Below are positions 1-11,781 of a stretch of DNA of 64,000 bases, one piece after another. A program made the position numbers and the translations under genes. The DNA comes from Rhizodiscina lignyota (Eukaryota). Positions within the stretch are counted from its first letter, which is position 1. Each line of letters starts with the position of its first letter. Under the pieces are notes generated by a model that was given only the letters and a program-made list of their open reading frames with translations, was not told the origin of the DNA and ran no database searches. The DNA is taken from assembly GCA_010015805.1 (NCBI GenBank), contig ML978135.1, positions 558,001 through 622,000 on the forward strand. Reading direction: 5' to 3'.

Positions 1-723
1 CGGAAGAGGATATAATTTTGCGAACCTCGCATCTTCGTTTGAAGATTTTGTTGCGCTCCCCGGCACAACGTACTCTTCGAGTGTGAGTGGGACTTTTGAT
101 TAGACTCGGGCAGATCTAACAAGGAATAGGATAATCCCTCTGCGCTGCCTCAGAATGATAGTACCAAAACGCCGACAGCTGGTTCCTTGCAAAACAGCTT
201 GGTCTTGGGACAAGCAACGAAGCAGCCCGGTCCGCAAGGCCAACAGCAAGGTCAAAGTAAGCCACAGGCTCAAGCGCAACAAGGCCAGTCTCAAGGACAG
301 CAACCTCCAGCTCAGACACATACTCCAGAACAGCATCCACAAACAGCGCCTCCTCTATTTCCAAACAACACGCTCAACGTTCGGGTGACCATTGAGAAAC
401 CAAGCTCGCCTCTCTACTCTCCAATCGAAGGCCTCCGCAGCCTTTCCGGTCGTAGTCCGGGAAGGACACATTCTCTTCGTCGCTCGAGGTCTCGAAATGG
501 ATTGATGAAAGAATACGGCGCTGCCCAAGATGACGCGCTGTCGCATATTGCCCAAACAAACGCCACTGTCGGCGCCCGCGGCCCATTGCGAAGATCGTAC
601 GCTGAGAAAATGAAAGACATGGAAATCTCGACGAAGGACGGGTATCGCGAGAAATACGGGCGACGAGCGACGCCGGAAAATCGCAAGTCGTATCCTTCAG
701 GAAGGCCATTTAGCTCCGTGTGA
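1..723 (+). CDS. 3' part of a hypothetical Gln/Pro/Ser-rich protein (5' end outside window)
   Basis: Open frame 2..82 (GRGYNFANLASSFEDFVALPGTTYSSS) joins, via intron 83..129 (GTGAGT...CTAAC...TAG), the frame running to TGA at 721-723. Low-complexity QG-rich segment. Confidence 0.6.
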
Positions 724-732
724 GCTCCGCAA

Positions 733-1080
733 CTAGAGATCGACGAGGAACTCACATGGCGGCCCGCGAGGAGCAAAAGTATCTGCCACCATCGCCATGG
801 AAACTGGGTGCTCGAGACTCTCCGGAGGTTCTGCAGCAGCCCGGCATGCACATTTTTGGCATTCGCAAGTCCAAATATGATGCTGTCCCGAAGCATATTT
901 TAGCGCTGCATCGGGATCTCCACTCGGACCTGTGCAGATAAGGCAAGACAGGCTCGAAAATGCCTCTTTCTTGACGACGTACGCTCCAGTTCGGTAGCAT
1001 TCAGGCCAGGATTTACATTGAACATTGGTCCGTGCGATGTGGATGCACGGGTGGTATACTCTTATGACTTCGAAGCACAT
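733..1080 (-). CDS. Small Cys/His-rich hypothetical protein (115 aa)
   Basis: ATG-initiated single ORF, MCFEVIRVYHPCIH...CxxC...CxCxxC. Resembles small fungal MC...CxH orphan proteins. Confidence 0.4.
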   Translation of the reverse strand: MCFEVIRVYHPCIHIARTNVQCKSWPECYRTGAYVVKKEAFSSLSCLICTGPSGDPDAALKYASGQHHIWTCECQKCACRAAAEPPESLEHPVSMAMVADTFAPRGPPCEFLVDL

Positions 1081-1384
1081 GGTTTGATACCCTAGCGTTG
1101 GAGCTTTGCTGATCGATGTATAACAGGCGATGGCGTTTTCTGTACGGCACTCCGCAGAAGTTGAAATATTGTTAATTATTAGTCGGCGTGTACTTATAGC
1201 TTTTCTTCGAATACAAGCGCCTGTCGATCGTGACAGAGTAGAGTGACAAACTGTTGGAATTTTTTCTGAGTCCTTGTGACACCAAATCTACGGCGCTTAA
1301 AGGTACACTTGCGCAATGCTATGACTGTCCCATAAATACGAATGACAAATTGGCAAACCTTACAAGGGAAACTTCCTAAATCCT

Positions 1385-2365
1385 TCAAAGGGCGCTGAGC
1401 ACCCTTGGGTCGCGGGGCTTGGTGGCAATACCAGCCCAGATACCGCCATCCATGATCTGGGTCGTACCATTTGTGTACGCCGACTCGTGGGAAATCAGGA
1501 ACAGTGCCGTGTATCCCGTTTCCCAGCTGGCAGACGTTAGCATATGTGACACATCTAAATGGGTTCACGAAGCAACTTACCCGGTCGCTTGCCTTCCGAA
1601 TGCTACTGTGGCAGCTCGGTTCTTTACCTTCCTGCCTGATGAACGACCCATGGGAGTCTCGACGTAGCCCTGGTTTGATGTTAGCATATTTGTTCTTCTA
1701 AAGCAGGATTTCTAACTTACCATGCAAATAGCATTGCACCTGATTGCTTTGTCCTCGCCGGCTCTCGCGGTCGCCCTGCTAAGGGCCAACAGTGCGGCCT
1801 TGCTGGCCTCGTAGACCGGGTTGTTGTCGAGGGCTCTGATTGCGCTGGCGGAGCTGATGAGGACGATGCTGGCACCTGGGTCCATGACCTCAATTCCATG
1901 CTTGCAGAACATGAAGTGGCTTCTCGTGTTGATGGCAAAGTCCTCATCCCACGCTTCCATCGACGTCTCGGCCATCGGGATACGTCTTGACGTGCCAACA
2001 ACAACCACCATGCCGTCCAGACCACCCATCATCTTCTTGACCTCTTCAAGACACTTCTTGGTCTCTTTCGCCTCAGCGTAAACATCGAAGACGTATGGAT
2101 ACGCGACATTGCCCTCGGACTTGATGTGCTTTACGGTGTCCTCGGCGGAGTGCTGATTCCGGTCAAGGACGACGACTTGGGCTCCCTCGCGGGCAAACAG
2201 CACGGACATGGCGCGGCCATTGCCAATCGAGTGCTCGACATCTGGAGGCTGGTCACGCTGTCCACCACCAACGACAAGGATCTTGCGGCCCTGGAGACGT
2301 CCTCTGCCTGGGGCCTTGCCCAAGGTCTCGGCGAAGATGGAGAGGGAGGGATCAATTTCAACCAT
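1385..2365 (-). CDS. Short-chain dehydrogenase/reductase (3-oxoacyl-reductase-like), 3 exons
   Basis: ATG in CACAATGG context at 2365. ILVVGGG...GNGRA Rossmann motif with an insertion, catalytic YEASK, RCNAI-GYVETPMG, final exon ...MDGGIWAG...LSAL*. Two GTAAGT...CTAAC...CAG introns near 1670-1720 and 1526-1580. Confidence 0.9.
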
Positions 2366-3438
2366 TGTGGGTATGTCGTGTGATTCAATTGGCACTTGAA
2401 GCTAAAGGGAAAAATTCAAGATGAAGTGCGTTCCGAACTCCTACGTTTTATTTGGTCTGGAAGCTATGAACGCGGGGAGTTGACGGCCGTCCGGTCCCCG
2501 CACGGCTCCTCGGCATCCAATTGGACGTAAAATATCTATCGGTAGTCATTGGAAGCTTTAGCGGCTTGCATAGGCCTGTACAAAGATTGTCGACAAGGCG
2601 TCTTAGCGAGCGTATTTCGCTCCGGCGACGACAGGCGGACCGTGGTCTTCCGTCGTGGCATGCCGCGTGGGATGTTGAAGCCTCAGTCTCAACTCCGATT
2701 CTTCGGAGCAGAGTGGCATTGGCAACGATTATGGAGCGTCAGTATGGGATAGAGCAGGGTGTTCTCGACGGCGAGTCTCCGTGGCCTTTGAGATTGACGT
2801 TGCTGTCAAGGTGGAGCAGTTTTAGCCCGATTAGTCGGTCCGAAGAGGGATGGCTATCTGCTGCGTCAAGTAGAATCGGAACTCCTGCAGTGAGCGCCGA
2901 AGTGCAGCACGGGATGGAATAGGATCCGGTCGACGTCTCGAGGCCCTGCTTTCTGATCATATCATTTGCTGTGGATGGGTGCCGGTCAGGTCCAATCAGA
3001 CAGGACGGAGAGGGCGTCTTTCAGCCTCATCAAGTGGACACTGGACTTCGATGCAAGTACTCATTAGACAGCAGGGCCACACTTAACAGCTAGTTACTTC
3101 CAAGCTCCTATACCCTCCGGAATTCGAATATGTCGTAAGCAGAAGGATCTGTACTCGGAAGCGGATATGGTTGGGAGCATGACCAGTAGGAAGGGAGTGT
3201 GCAGGGGTCGTGCACTATTGCTGGATCTTAGATTCAATGAAACTATTCCCAGAATCTACTTTCACGCTGCAGAACTTGTGATAGTTCTGGTGTCTGAAGG
3301 TCAATTGCATTCAATCGTGAGATGTGAACTTGTTCATTTAACGTGCACAAAGGTACACGCAGGCGGTGCTCTGCAGCCTTCCACCGATCTGGGAAGGTGG
3401 GTCCGTCCGTTCCTCGACCTCCTCCTTCCTCGTCACCA

Positions 3439-3990
3439 CTACTTTGTCTTCCAGTTGTTCCGCGCCTCCATCAGCTCCTCCATCCTCTTGTCCTCGCATC
3501 CCTTCTCGGTGCATCGTGAGCACGGCGGCTTGTCCTCCAACGCCAATTCCACCTCGCAGAACTCTCGGACGTGCTGCGCGACCGAGTTATGGCTGCGCAC
3601 GAGCTTCGCCATTATCGCGTCCAAGGACTTCAACGAGTCCTCCCTCATCGTTTGGGCGTCCATCGCCCCGAAGCGCTCAGCGGCACGCGTCCAGTTGATC
3701 TGTAGCCATAAGTGCAGCAACAAGCTAGAAAAGCAGTCATGGAGACTCACGTTCATGCTGCCTTGAACCTTGAAAGGCGAGCCCAGACTTGCCATGCAGC
3801 AACGGAGGCGCTGCATCTCCTCTCCTTCCAGGCCCTTCATGGCCTCCCATGTTGATGGATGCCATTCTCTCATCCGACGGGCGTACAATTGCTTTCTCTG
3901 CTCGAGCCACGCGCCGTGGGCCTCCATTTCGTCCGAGCCCGTATTCGGGGCATAACGCTCTGGCGTTGGGGCCATAGGTGTAAGAGGCAT
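3439..3990 (-). CDS. Hypothetical protein, 2 exons
   Basis: ATG at 3990. In-frame 51-nt intron 3700..3750 (GTGAGT...CTACAG). Helical, charged protein with a CxxC near the C-terminus. Confidence 0.55.
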   Translation of the reverse strand: MPLTPMAPTPERYAPNTGSDEMEAHGAWLEQRKQLYARRMREWHPSTWEAMKGLEGEEMQRLRCCMASLGSPFKVQGSMNVSLHDCFSSLLLHLWLQINWTRAAERFGAMDAQTMREDSLKSLDAIMAKLVRSHNSVAQHVREFCEVELALEDKPPCSRCTEKGCEDKRMEELMEARNNWKTK

Positions 3991-4548
3991 GATGGAGTTG
4001 TAGTTGGAGTGAATTGGAGTGGTGTGGTGTGTGGTGTTGGTTGAATGAGTGGGTGGCACTAGGGAAGGTAATTTTGACTCCCCAACTTCTTATGAAGTGA
4101 TGAACGCATTATTGACCTTCACCAGCGGCAGCCACGCCTCCCACCCCTCGACTGTCACCAACTCAACCTCTTACCAACTGCATTCGAATGAACCCACACA
4201 GTGTCCATATATCTTCAAGTATACTGGCTTTTCGATGAAGGATCTTGCAATTCAGGCGCATCCTAAAAGAGGAGTTTCCCTCAGGATGACACGCGTTGGA
4301 AGCTGGCGAGTCCGCCCGCCAAAGGCACACTGGCAGCTTCCAACGCCCATGGCTAAGGCTTGAGGCATCAAGCATTGCGGCCGATAGGAGCATTTATCTT
4401 GATTTTCCCATGGAATATGATCAACCAGACCACCATCACCCACTGTGACTATGCGTCAGCTAGGAGCACTCAGTCTGTTGTAGTTCTTTGGCCAATCACT
4501 CCAGCCGCATCTCGAGTCTACTACATCGAGAATATCTCGACCTCTACA

Positions 4549-7270
4549 ATGGCTCTTCATATCCGAGAAGAACACCACAGCTGCGCTGAGCAGTTTTCGC
4601 GCTTTTGTGTATCCCAGATCCTTCTCGGCGCAACCGTGCTTCCCCCACTGTTCACCTTGTGCTCCTCCATGGTGCCAAGCATTCATAACGTCTTCGCTCG
4701 GGTCAAGCATCACAACTCATCACAACTCGTCAGCAACTGCGAAGCAGAGAACCTGCTGAGAAAACATAACTGTTCATCGTCTCGAAAGCACAAATACATG
4801 ACTACAACTCCCAGCTTGTTGTCGACAGCAAGAGATATTGCGTCCAAGTGACGATGACCACCTCCTTCCTCTCACATGACAACCGAGGGTCACGACAAGA
4901 AAGACTTAGGTTATCTCGGATTTAACCAAGAGATAGAACACCTATTCGAAACGAGACCCGATAGGAAATTCTCAAACCGCAGCTCTACTTGACCTTTGGA
5001 TTGGAGACAGCGTCAACACAATCGACTCTCACTAAGACAACGACGGCCTCCTATTTACTATCGAGTCTGGTCGACGCTGGGACAACACTTTGATGGAATA
5101 AGACACATACAAACTTGACCAAAAAGAGGTGCATCTGAGGCGACGGTACCGATCTTCGTCTTCCCCGCGAGTGCCTCACGCCATAGACTTGCGTTCATCA
5201 GGCTGACAGTGGTGCAAGAGATACCGATGCATGATTTGGGTAGCAGGAGAAAGAGCACGGAATGATGAAATTGTGTATGGGGTTGCTACAACTGTGGGAA
5301 TGATGCGCAGCGACATCTTGACAACAGGTGCAGCTGCGGCGTGGTGTTGGGCGATTGGGAGGATTCAAGACTTTGGACCATTCGCCGGGCATAGTGGAGG
5401 GCTAAATCCCACTGTCCAAATGTTCATCGATCTTCTCATGGGCCAGCAGCGAATTTTCCAGATTGCCGGTGCTCTCGTGGGTGCTCTCGCTGCTATCCCA
5501 ACCAGGATGACCGTCATCAGTCATGGATGTACACCTCTGGTAATCCAGCAGAAGATATGCGAAGCAACTATATGCCAATGAGTCTGCACCGAGCGTGGAT
5601 TAATGTTGGAGGAAGCTGCAGCAGAGACACGTCACACGTCGCTCTCAACAACGCCGCGGTACGTTGAGTCTCGGCCTGGGCAGCATCATAGCCGCATGGG
5701 ACAATCGAAGCTGCGTGATGATCTGAGGGCGAGTTTCTTCGACTACCTCACGGGCCATCTCTTCCTGGGCCACAGCCACCCGGACGGTGCCGTTTCGGTT
5801 TCTCGCTGACAGATATATCACGCTCTGTGAGACAACTCGCAATACGACACCCTCGCTCCAATCGACACAACTCTCAGAGCCTCCCAGCTGTTCGGCCTTC
5901 TGCTACGCAGGCTTCAGAATCCGACTCCATGGGAAATGAGAGCATTTTGCTACTTGTAAAATGTCCGGTCCGCACACAGCAAGGTCCATAAAGGCGTCGT
6001 AGAGCACCAGTGAACGCAAGCTGACGGACCAGCAAGCTATCCTGGTTCTCTCACGGCGAGGGCCTCGCACATTTAAAAACTGTACAGATACTAATGAGTG
6101 CTTTCCTTCCAGTGCGGACCCGCTCGGCTAGCTAGGATACACTCTTCCCCAGCTAGCTTTGCTGATTGATCTACGGCATTGCTATACATCACTGCCATGG
6201 AGAAAGGCTGTGACCGTATTGCCCGCCGACATCGCGAATTCTTTTCACACGTCGCACGACGCTATTGTTGCGAAAAGAGGCTGCTTCGAGAATTTTTTCC
6301 CTTTCGCGTTTCAAAGTCTTCGAGTCGGATCTAGCTGCTTGCTGCAAAATTACAGACCACTGGAGGAGTCTGTGTCATTCCAACAGACCGATAAAGTCAT
6401 ATGGGCATCAATAGTCGACGTCGGACTTTGATTCGGGAGCCTTTGATCAACAATCTGGAGTCTAGATGGTTAGCGACCAGACTACTGCTCCGATTCGAAC
6501 AATGGTAGGATGCCGAGAAGTCTCACTAGAGTATCTCACACAAGCCAATCGACACCTCAACGGAATCTCCTCTGACGAGCAAGCTCGGTTTTGCTACGCC
6601 GGGATGTATGAGTTGGGATGGAGGCAGCATTGGTGGCCACAGACAGCGTGAAGCGGCTTATGTGCTATTGACTAGGCGCTACACCCTGCCTAAAGAAACA
6701 ACATGCATTAGCCGCAGAGTGATTTCTGTTTCAAAACCCCCGCTCATTTGATGTATCCTCTGGATTCAAACCATCAACGATCTGGCCGAGGACTGTGAGA
6801 TATTGATATCCTGGGGCGCCGCAAACGCCTCCTGTTGCTGGTGAGCAGAGCGTCGTCGTGGGGCTTTCCTGCTGCGAAACGGATCGTGGGGATTTGCGTA
6901 TCGCATCTGCACGCAAGCAACGTTAGCGCTCCTCGCTTTCGAGACGGTGTCAACATGCGAACCTTGATACCAAACGCCTGGCTCTTGTCGAGAGTGTCCT
7001 CATTCGCCGACATCTCTATATGTGGCTCCACGGTCGAGAGGTGCCTGCCGTCATTGTCGTGTCGACTCTCGCAAGCGATGATGTTGTGGACAGGCAGTCA
7101 GCTCAATTCGCATCCGAGATGTCAAGATACGTACCTTGAGGCCATAATACAACCGGCTCGTCATATCTACCTGTCGATTCCACGGAAGCAGACGCAGTGT
7201 CGGTATGTACTCGCGCTTACTGAGGTAGTAAGATCAGTAAGCTGGCTGGACCCCCTGGAATACCATTGAT
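4549..7270 (+). pseudogene. Possible decayed multi-exon gene relic of unknown family
   Basis: Protein-like same-strand fragments. 5231..5581 and 5603..5809 are the same frame split by a single TGA. An acceptor-like ACTAAT...CCAG near 6112 is followed by a frame with one TAG and then ORF 6159..6431. Confidence 0.25.
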
Positions 7271-9916
7271 CGGTCCAGGTGTTCATGCAGCGAGCTATGT
7301 TTTAATCTTGGCCACTGTTCTTCTCTCTGTGACGATGGAATAGTCAAGGAGCGGATGTGAGGCCGTATCATGTCCCTCCGTCACATCGGAGCCAAACGTT
7401 GTCGTTTGGTCTCCCCTTCCCGAAACGTCCCAAAGGCGCATGCTGTAGCGCGACAACGAATGTTAAACAGATTGTGCTGCTGAAGGAGGTAAAGCTGAAA
7501 CAGTCTGCCATGTCAGTTGTATCACTCCAATGCCAGTCTTGTTGTAAGGAGGGAGTGCCGCGTACGAGGCCAAACCAGGCCTACGAGTAGCGTCTATGGG
7601 GCGTTATGCCAGCAATGCGGACAGGCCAGCGTTGCTAAATGCGTCGGCTGTTGCACGATTGGTACATCATTGCTTCCTGGAGCCTCCACAGCGCGGAGAT
7701 GACGTTGTCCACCTTTCTGCTTGATCGCCGCTGACGCGCGTGTTGCTTATCGTTGGACTCTGCACGATGAGCTACGAGGCTGGTTGGATGCTTGATCGAA
7801 AGGTTGCTCTCTAGGATTCGTATTCGAACGGCAAACGACGAGTATCCGACAAATCGCAATGATATTGTTGTGGGTGGGCGTGTTGTTGAGTGACTGAGGC
7901 TGGACTGCCGCCACTCCAACGAGCAGCACCGGCACTCAGAGTCTTGCCAGCCTATGACAGCGAGCAAACCAAGCGCTCTCGTGCTGCTGGCCGTGGGGAA
8001 TTCAGTTAGGACGAAGATCTCGGCTTACCATCATCGCTTTCGTGATGAGCTAGTGGCGCCTTCTGTGCGCGCGTCGTGGAGCGCGGAAACATTCGCTGCG
8101 ACAGTCGGACGAAGTCAGAGGCTTCTGTTCATTGAGAATTCCATCGATCCATCTACACGGACTGAGATCGAACTCATCCCAGCGTATTAACGACAAAAGA
8201 TGATGCTGTTGAGGTTGGGGTGGGTGGCTCGTGGTGAAAAGCAGGGCGTACGAAGCAAAAACCTCAAATATCCCAAGTCTTGGCACAATGCGACCGGTGA
8301 CGCACACCACGGTCTAACAGCGATACAGGCGTCTATAAGGCGAAAACGAGCTCCTGTGCTCTTGAGATGGAGGAGAGTAGGCTCTGCTATCGATGGAAGT
8401 ACAGCAAAAGTCTTCCACTCTACTACGTCATTGAGTACCCTATGCGCTGCTCGAATTGGGCATGCTCCTTCTTACAGGAGCTCTACCAACATTGCTACGT
8501 GACCGATTGTTTGATGGATTGGCATACGGCAGCCTGCAAAGCATGGGACAATCGATACATGGTAGCAAACAAGGGCAGTGCGATATCACCACATCACAGC
8601 GTCACAGCATTAAGGACCGCAATGATTGCGCGACTGGGTATTTTCATAAGCCGCGACCGTCGGGCAAAACAAGCAACTCTCTTCCTCGGCCGCCAGCACC
8701 AGGCTGACGGGACGCTGAAAAGATAATTCGGGCTGTGCCTGTAAGGGGGGTTCCAAAAAAAAAGTTCAGAAAGGCGAGGACATTCGGCGTCCTTTTATAC
8801 CCGCTGAGAGCCAACTCTGCTGAGTCATTCCTGCTACCGCCACATTTGCGTCCCGTCCACTCACTGCACGCAATTGACGGGCTTTGCGCCCACGACTTGA
8901 CTGCGTGGTGATTGTATGCTCGTGCAGGAGGATCTAGACTACTTCCCCGTTGTCTGGACTCCAATTGCAGCTCTATGAGGTGATTTAACCCTACATAGTG
9001 CCAATGCGCTCCGCGGCTGGTGCACCATTGGGAGTTTAACTTCTGAGCTATATATTAGACTCTGAATTTTTGGGTCATCGGGGAGGAGGTAGAATGGCTC
9101 AGTTGGGCCACTCTCTCGCGAAAGGCGGCACCATGACCAGAGAGCGTCCACGTACATAAAACAGGAGTACCGTCGCACACGCATCACAGCAGGGTAGCGA
9201 GAGCAGACACCAGTAGACGGCCATACAATATATCCAGGGATTGAAGAGGTCATATTATATATAATGGACTATAAGAGCTCTCTTCCTCTCAGGTACACTG
9301 CATAAACTGTTTATCGTGCATGAGGGCCGTGCATGAAGATGTTCATTTCGTCCTCAAGAGGAATGAGAACCTGCTCTTTGATTGTACGCATAAAATCCCT
9401 GATCTGCTAGTATAACGATTAGTGAGGCTGCATTGGGATCCTCCGTACATGAAGCGCGTAAAAGCTGAGTATCACGAAAGATTTAAGAGCGAACCTGAAG
9501 ATATCGCGGGCATGGACACTGGGTGGGAGTTTTGAGAGTTTTGCGTAAGCCTGCTAAACCTGGACAGAGAGAGAGCGAGTGTGCAGTCAGGTAGAGATAG
9601 CCTTGATAGCGGTTACCAGGAGCTTTTGGATGACGAATGATAGAGACTCTAATGCGTAAAACGAGCTTTGGAACCGTCGGATCGGCCGACTCCACATTGG
9701 CTCGCAAATACAATATCATCTCTTCCTTATCGAATGTACACTGCTAATGACACACCAAACCTTGAACTATACATGATTCGCACGGAGTACACGCACGCAG
9801 TGTCCAAATCGATCTTAATCCTATCGGGATGTATCCAAAAGCAACCTCGACAACAAACGCCGCTGTTACCATCACCTTGCCCCGAACGGTTGGCCTCATA
9901 TTCATCGTCAGGTCTT

Positions 9917-11308
9917 TTATGACAGAGTATCCTTGATTGGATCCTTCTCCGCACTGTCAATAGCCTTCAGGAACTTCTCGCCGGCTTCCTTGTCCCCAGC
10001 AAACAAATGATCCGCCACCATCCTCTTCGGCGTCTCCCCGAGCCACTGGAACAGTGAGAAGTCCTGGAACTGATCGGCGTGGAAGATCTCCAGCATCTCA
10101 AGCGGTTCGTCGTCACTCAGATTCTCAACGAAGTGGCCCATGTTCTGCGGAACAATACCAACGTCACCAGCCGTGTAGTCGAAGGTCCTCGCCGTCCCCT
10201 GTGCACCGAAAACAGTCACGCGCGCGCGTCCGCGGATGAAGAAGGACCACTCGTCTGCGTTGGGGTGCCAGTGCATTTCTCGGAGTGCACCAGGTGCGAT
10301 CTCAAGGTGGGCTGAGGCCACGGTCTTTGAGATTGGGAAATTGGTGGAATCTGTAATGCGCACGAGGCCGCCGGAACTGTGGATGGGCTCCTGGTCGAGC
10401 ATCTTGTGCGTGAAGTTTAGCTGTGACTTTTTGATTGCCTTTCCTCGAGGCTCTTCATCCTTGAGCGGGCCCGGGATAGATCCTTGGAAAATGTACTTCT
10501 CGCCCGGGAGGTTCTTGAAGACCTGGGGCTTGAGTCCGAAGTTCTCCCCCAGCACCGATTTGGGGGTATGCGCCAGCCAGTCCGTCAAAAGGAAAGTCGA
10601 CTCTTCGGAGAAGCCGCCATCGTCGAAAATGAGCAGAAACTCCGTGCCATTCGGTCCGAGGCCTTGCAAGCTGTGAGGGAATCCCGATGGGAAGTACCAT
10701 AAATCGCCCTTTTTCAGGTCGTCCATGAAATATCCACCGTCCGTGTCGATGGTCGAGATTCTCACCTCGCCTTCCAGCACGTATGCCCATTCTGCTTCCT
10801 TGTGCCAGTGCAGTTCTCTGATGACGCCTTCGTCAAGACGCATGTTTACCCCGGCGAGCTGAACGCTGGTTCCAAGCTCGCGGGTGGTGGTCTGGCGAGT
10901 CCAGCCGCCTTCCTGTCTCGGAATATCAGCATGAGCGTTTTGCAATTGGCGTGGAGCGGTCAAACCAACCTCAATTCTGACGTGCGAATCTGCGAAACTC
11001 CAGCGCATGGCCTTCATGTCCCCGTGATCTGTGCTGGGAGGACGAATCATGTCGGGATTTTGTCTTTGCCTGGCGTCATTTTGCGGACCCAGAATGGTCG
11101 CGCCATCGCCGTTCCTGAACGGCAGAGGCTGCAGTTTCTCCCCAATGGAGTCGACTTTGTTGTCGTACGGATCGCGCCACTCACGTGTATATGGATCGTC
11201 TTTGAGGTATTCGATTGGAGACTGGAACACCTTTTGTTTCACCACAGGGCGGGGAATGGCCGAACACTGGTGGGCTGCAAGCAGAAACAGCGCAATTGAG
11301 CCCTTCAT
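9917..11308 (-). CDS. oxdC: Secreted oxalate decarboxylase (bicupin, Mn-dependent)
   Basis: Signal peptide MKGSIALFLLAAHQCSA. Two cupin motifs IRELHWHKEAEW and LREMHWHPNADEW. Lid FSEEST. In-frame 57-nt intron 10913..10969. Confidence 0.95.
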   Translation of the reverse strand: MKGSIALFLLAAHQCSAIPRPVVKQKVFQSPIEYLKDDPYTREWRDPYDNKVDSIGEKLQPLPFRNGDGATILGPQNDARQRQNPDMIRPPSTDHGDMKAMRWSFADSHVRIEVGLTAPRQLQNAHADIPRQEGGWTRQTTTRELGTSVQLAGVNMRLDEGVIRELHWHKEAEWAYVLEGEVRISTIDTDGGYFMDDLKKGDLWYFPSGFPHSLQGLGPNGTEFLLIFDDGGFSEESTFLLTDWLAHTPKSVLGENFGLKPQVFKNLPGEKYIFQGSIPGPLKDEEPRGKAIKKSQLNFTHKMLDQEPIHSSGGLVRITDSTNFPISKTVASAHLEIAPGALREMHWHPNADEWSFFIRGRARVTVFGAQGTARTFDYTAGDVGIVPQNMGHFVENLSDDEPLEMLEIFHADQFQDFSLFQWLGETPKRMVADHLFAGDKEAGEKFLKAIDSAEKDPIKDTLS

Positions 11309-11781
11309 GGTGATTTATTCCACGATGCACAACGCGCTCGCGTGATTGAAGTCGAGATAAACTTCCGCGAAAACTTATTTTCCTCTCCCTGTCGCGCGCG
11401 CCCCTTTATGGCCTGGAGCGTCGGCTGCTTATGTTTACGTCACGATATATTTCACGGGCTTCTTCCCAAGCGACGCGCGGAGAGCGTGCGAGTCGCGCGA
11501 GATGAAACTTACTAACGATTATGGCATGGTCCGAATTATTTTCGCTGGCGGCCAGCGCCCCAAGCGGCTCATCACCGTGTCACCGTTGTCGGCGCAAGCT
11601 TGCAGCCTATCATTTGTCATGGCATTTTCACTTTCCCGTCGTCAACGGCGATCATATCGGATAATCCCCGCAATCCCGGCGCTTCAAATATCTCCTTGGT
11701 CATTGAAATTTTTGTCGCATTGACTTTCAACTCCGGCTTTCATTCTCTTCCAAATATCTCAATTGGCTCGTCAAAGGCGTC
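11309..11781. promoter_or_regulatory. Probable bidirectional promoter between oxdC and the DUF1275 gene
   Basis: 473 bp between divergent ATGs. Clustered CGCG words at ~11333-11500 and a TTACGTCA (CRE-like) site at ~11435-11442. Confidence 0.45.

Noticed and set aside
1385..1396. C-terminal -SAL of the SDR as a peroxisomal PTS1
   Set aside because: Lacks the basic residue of the SKL-type consensus; too weak to claim.
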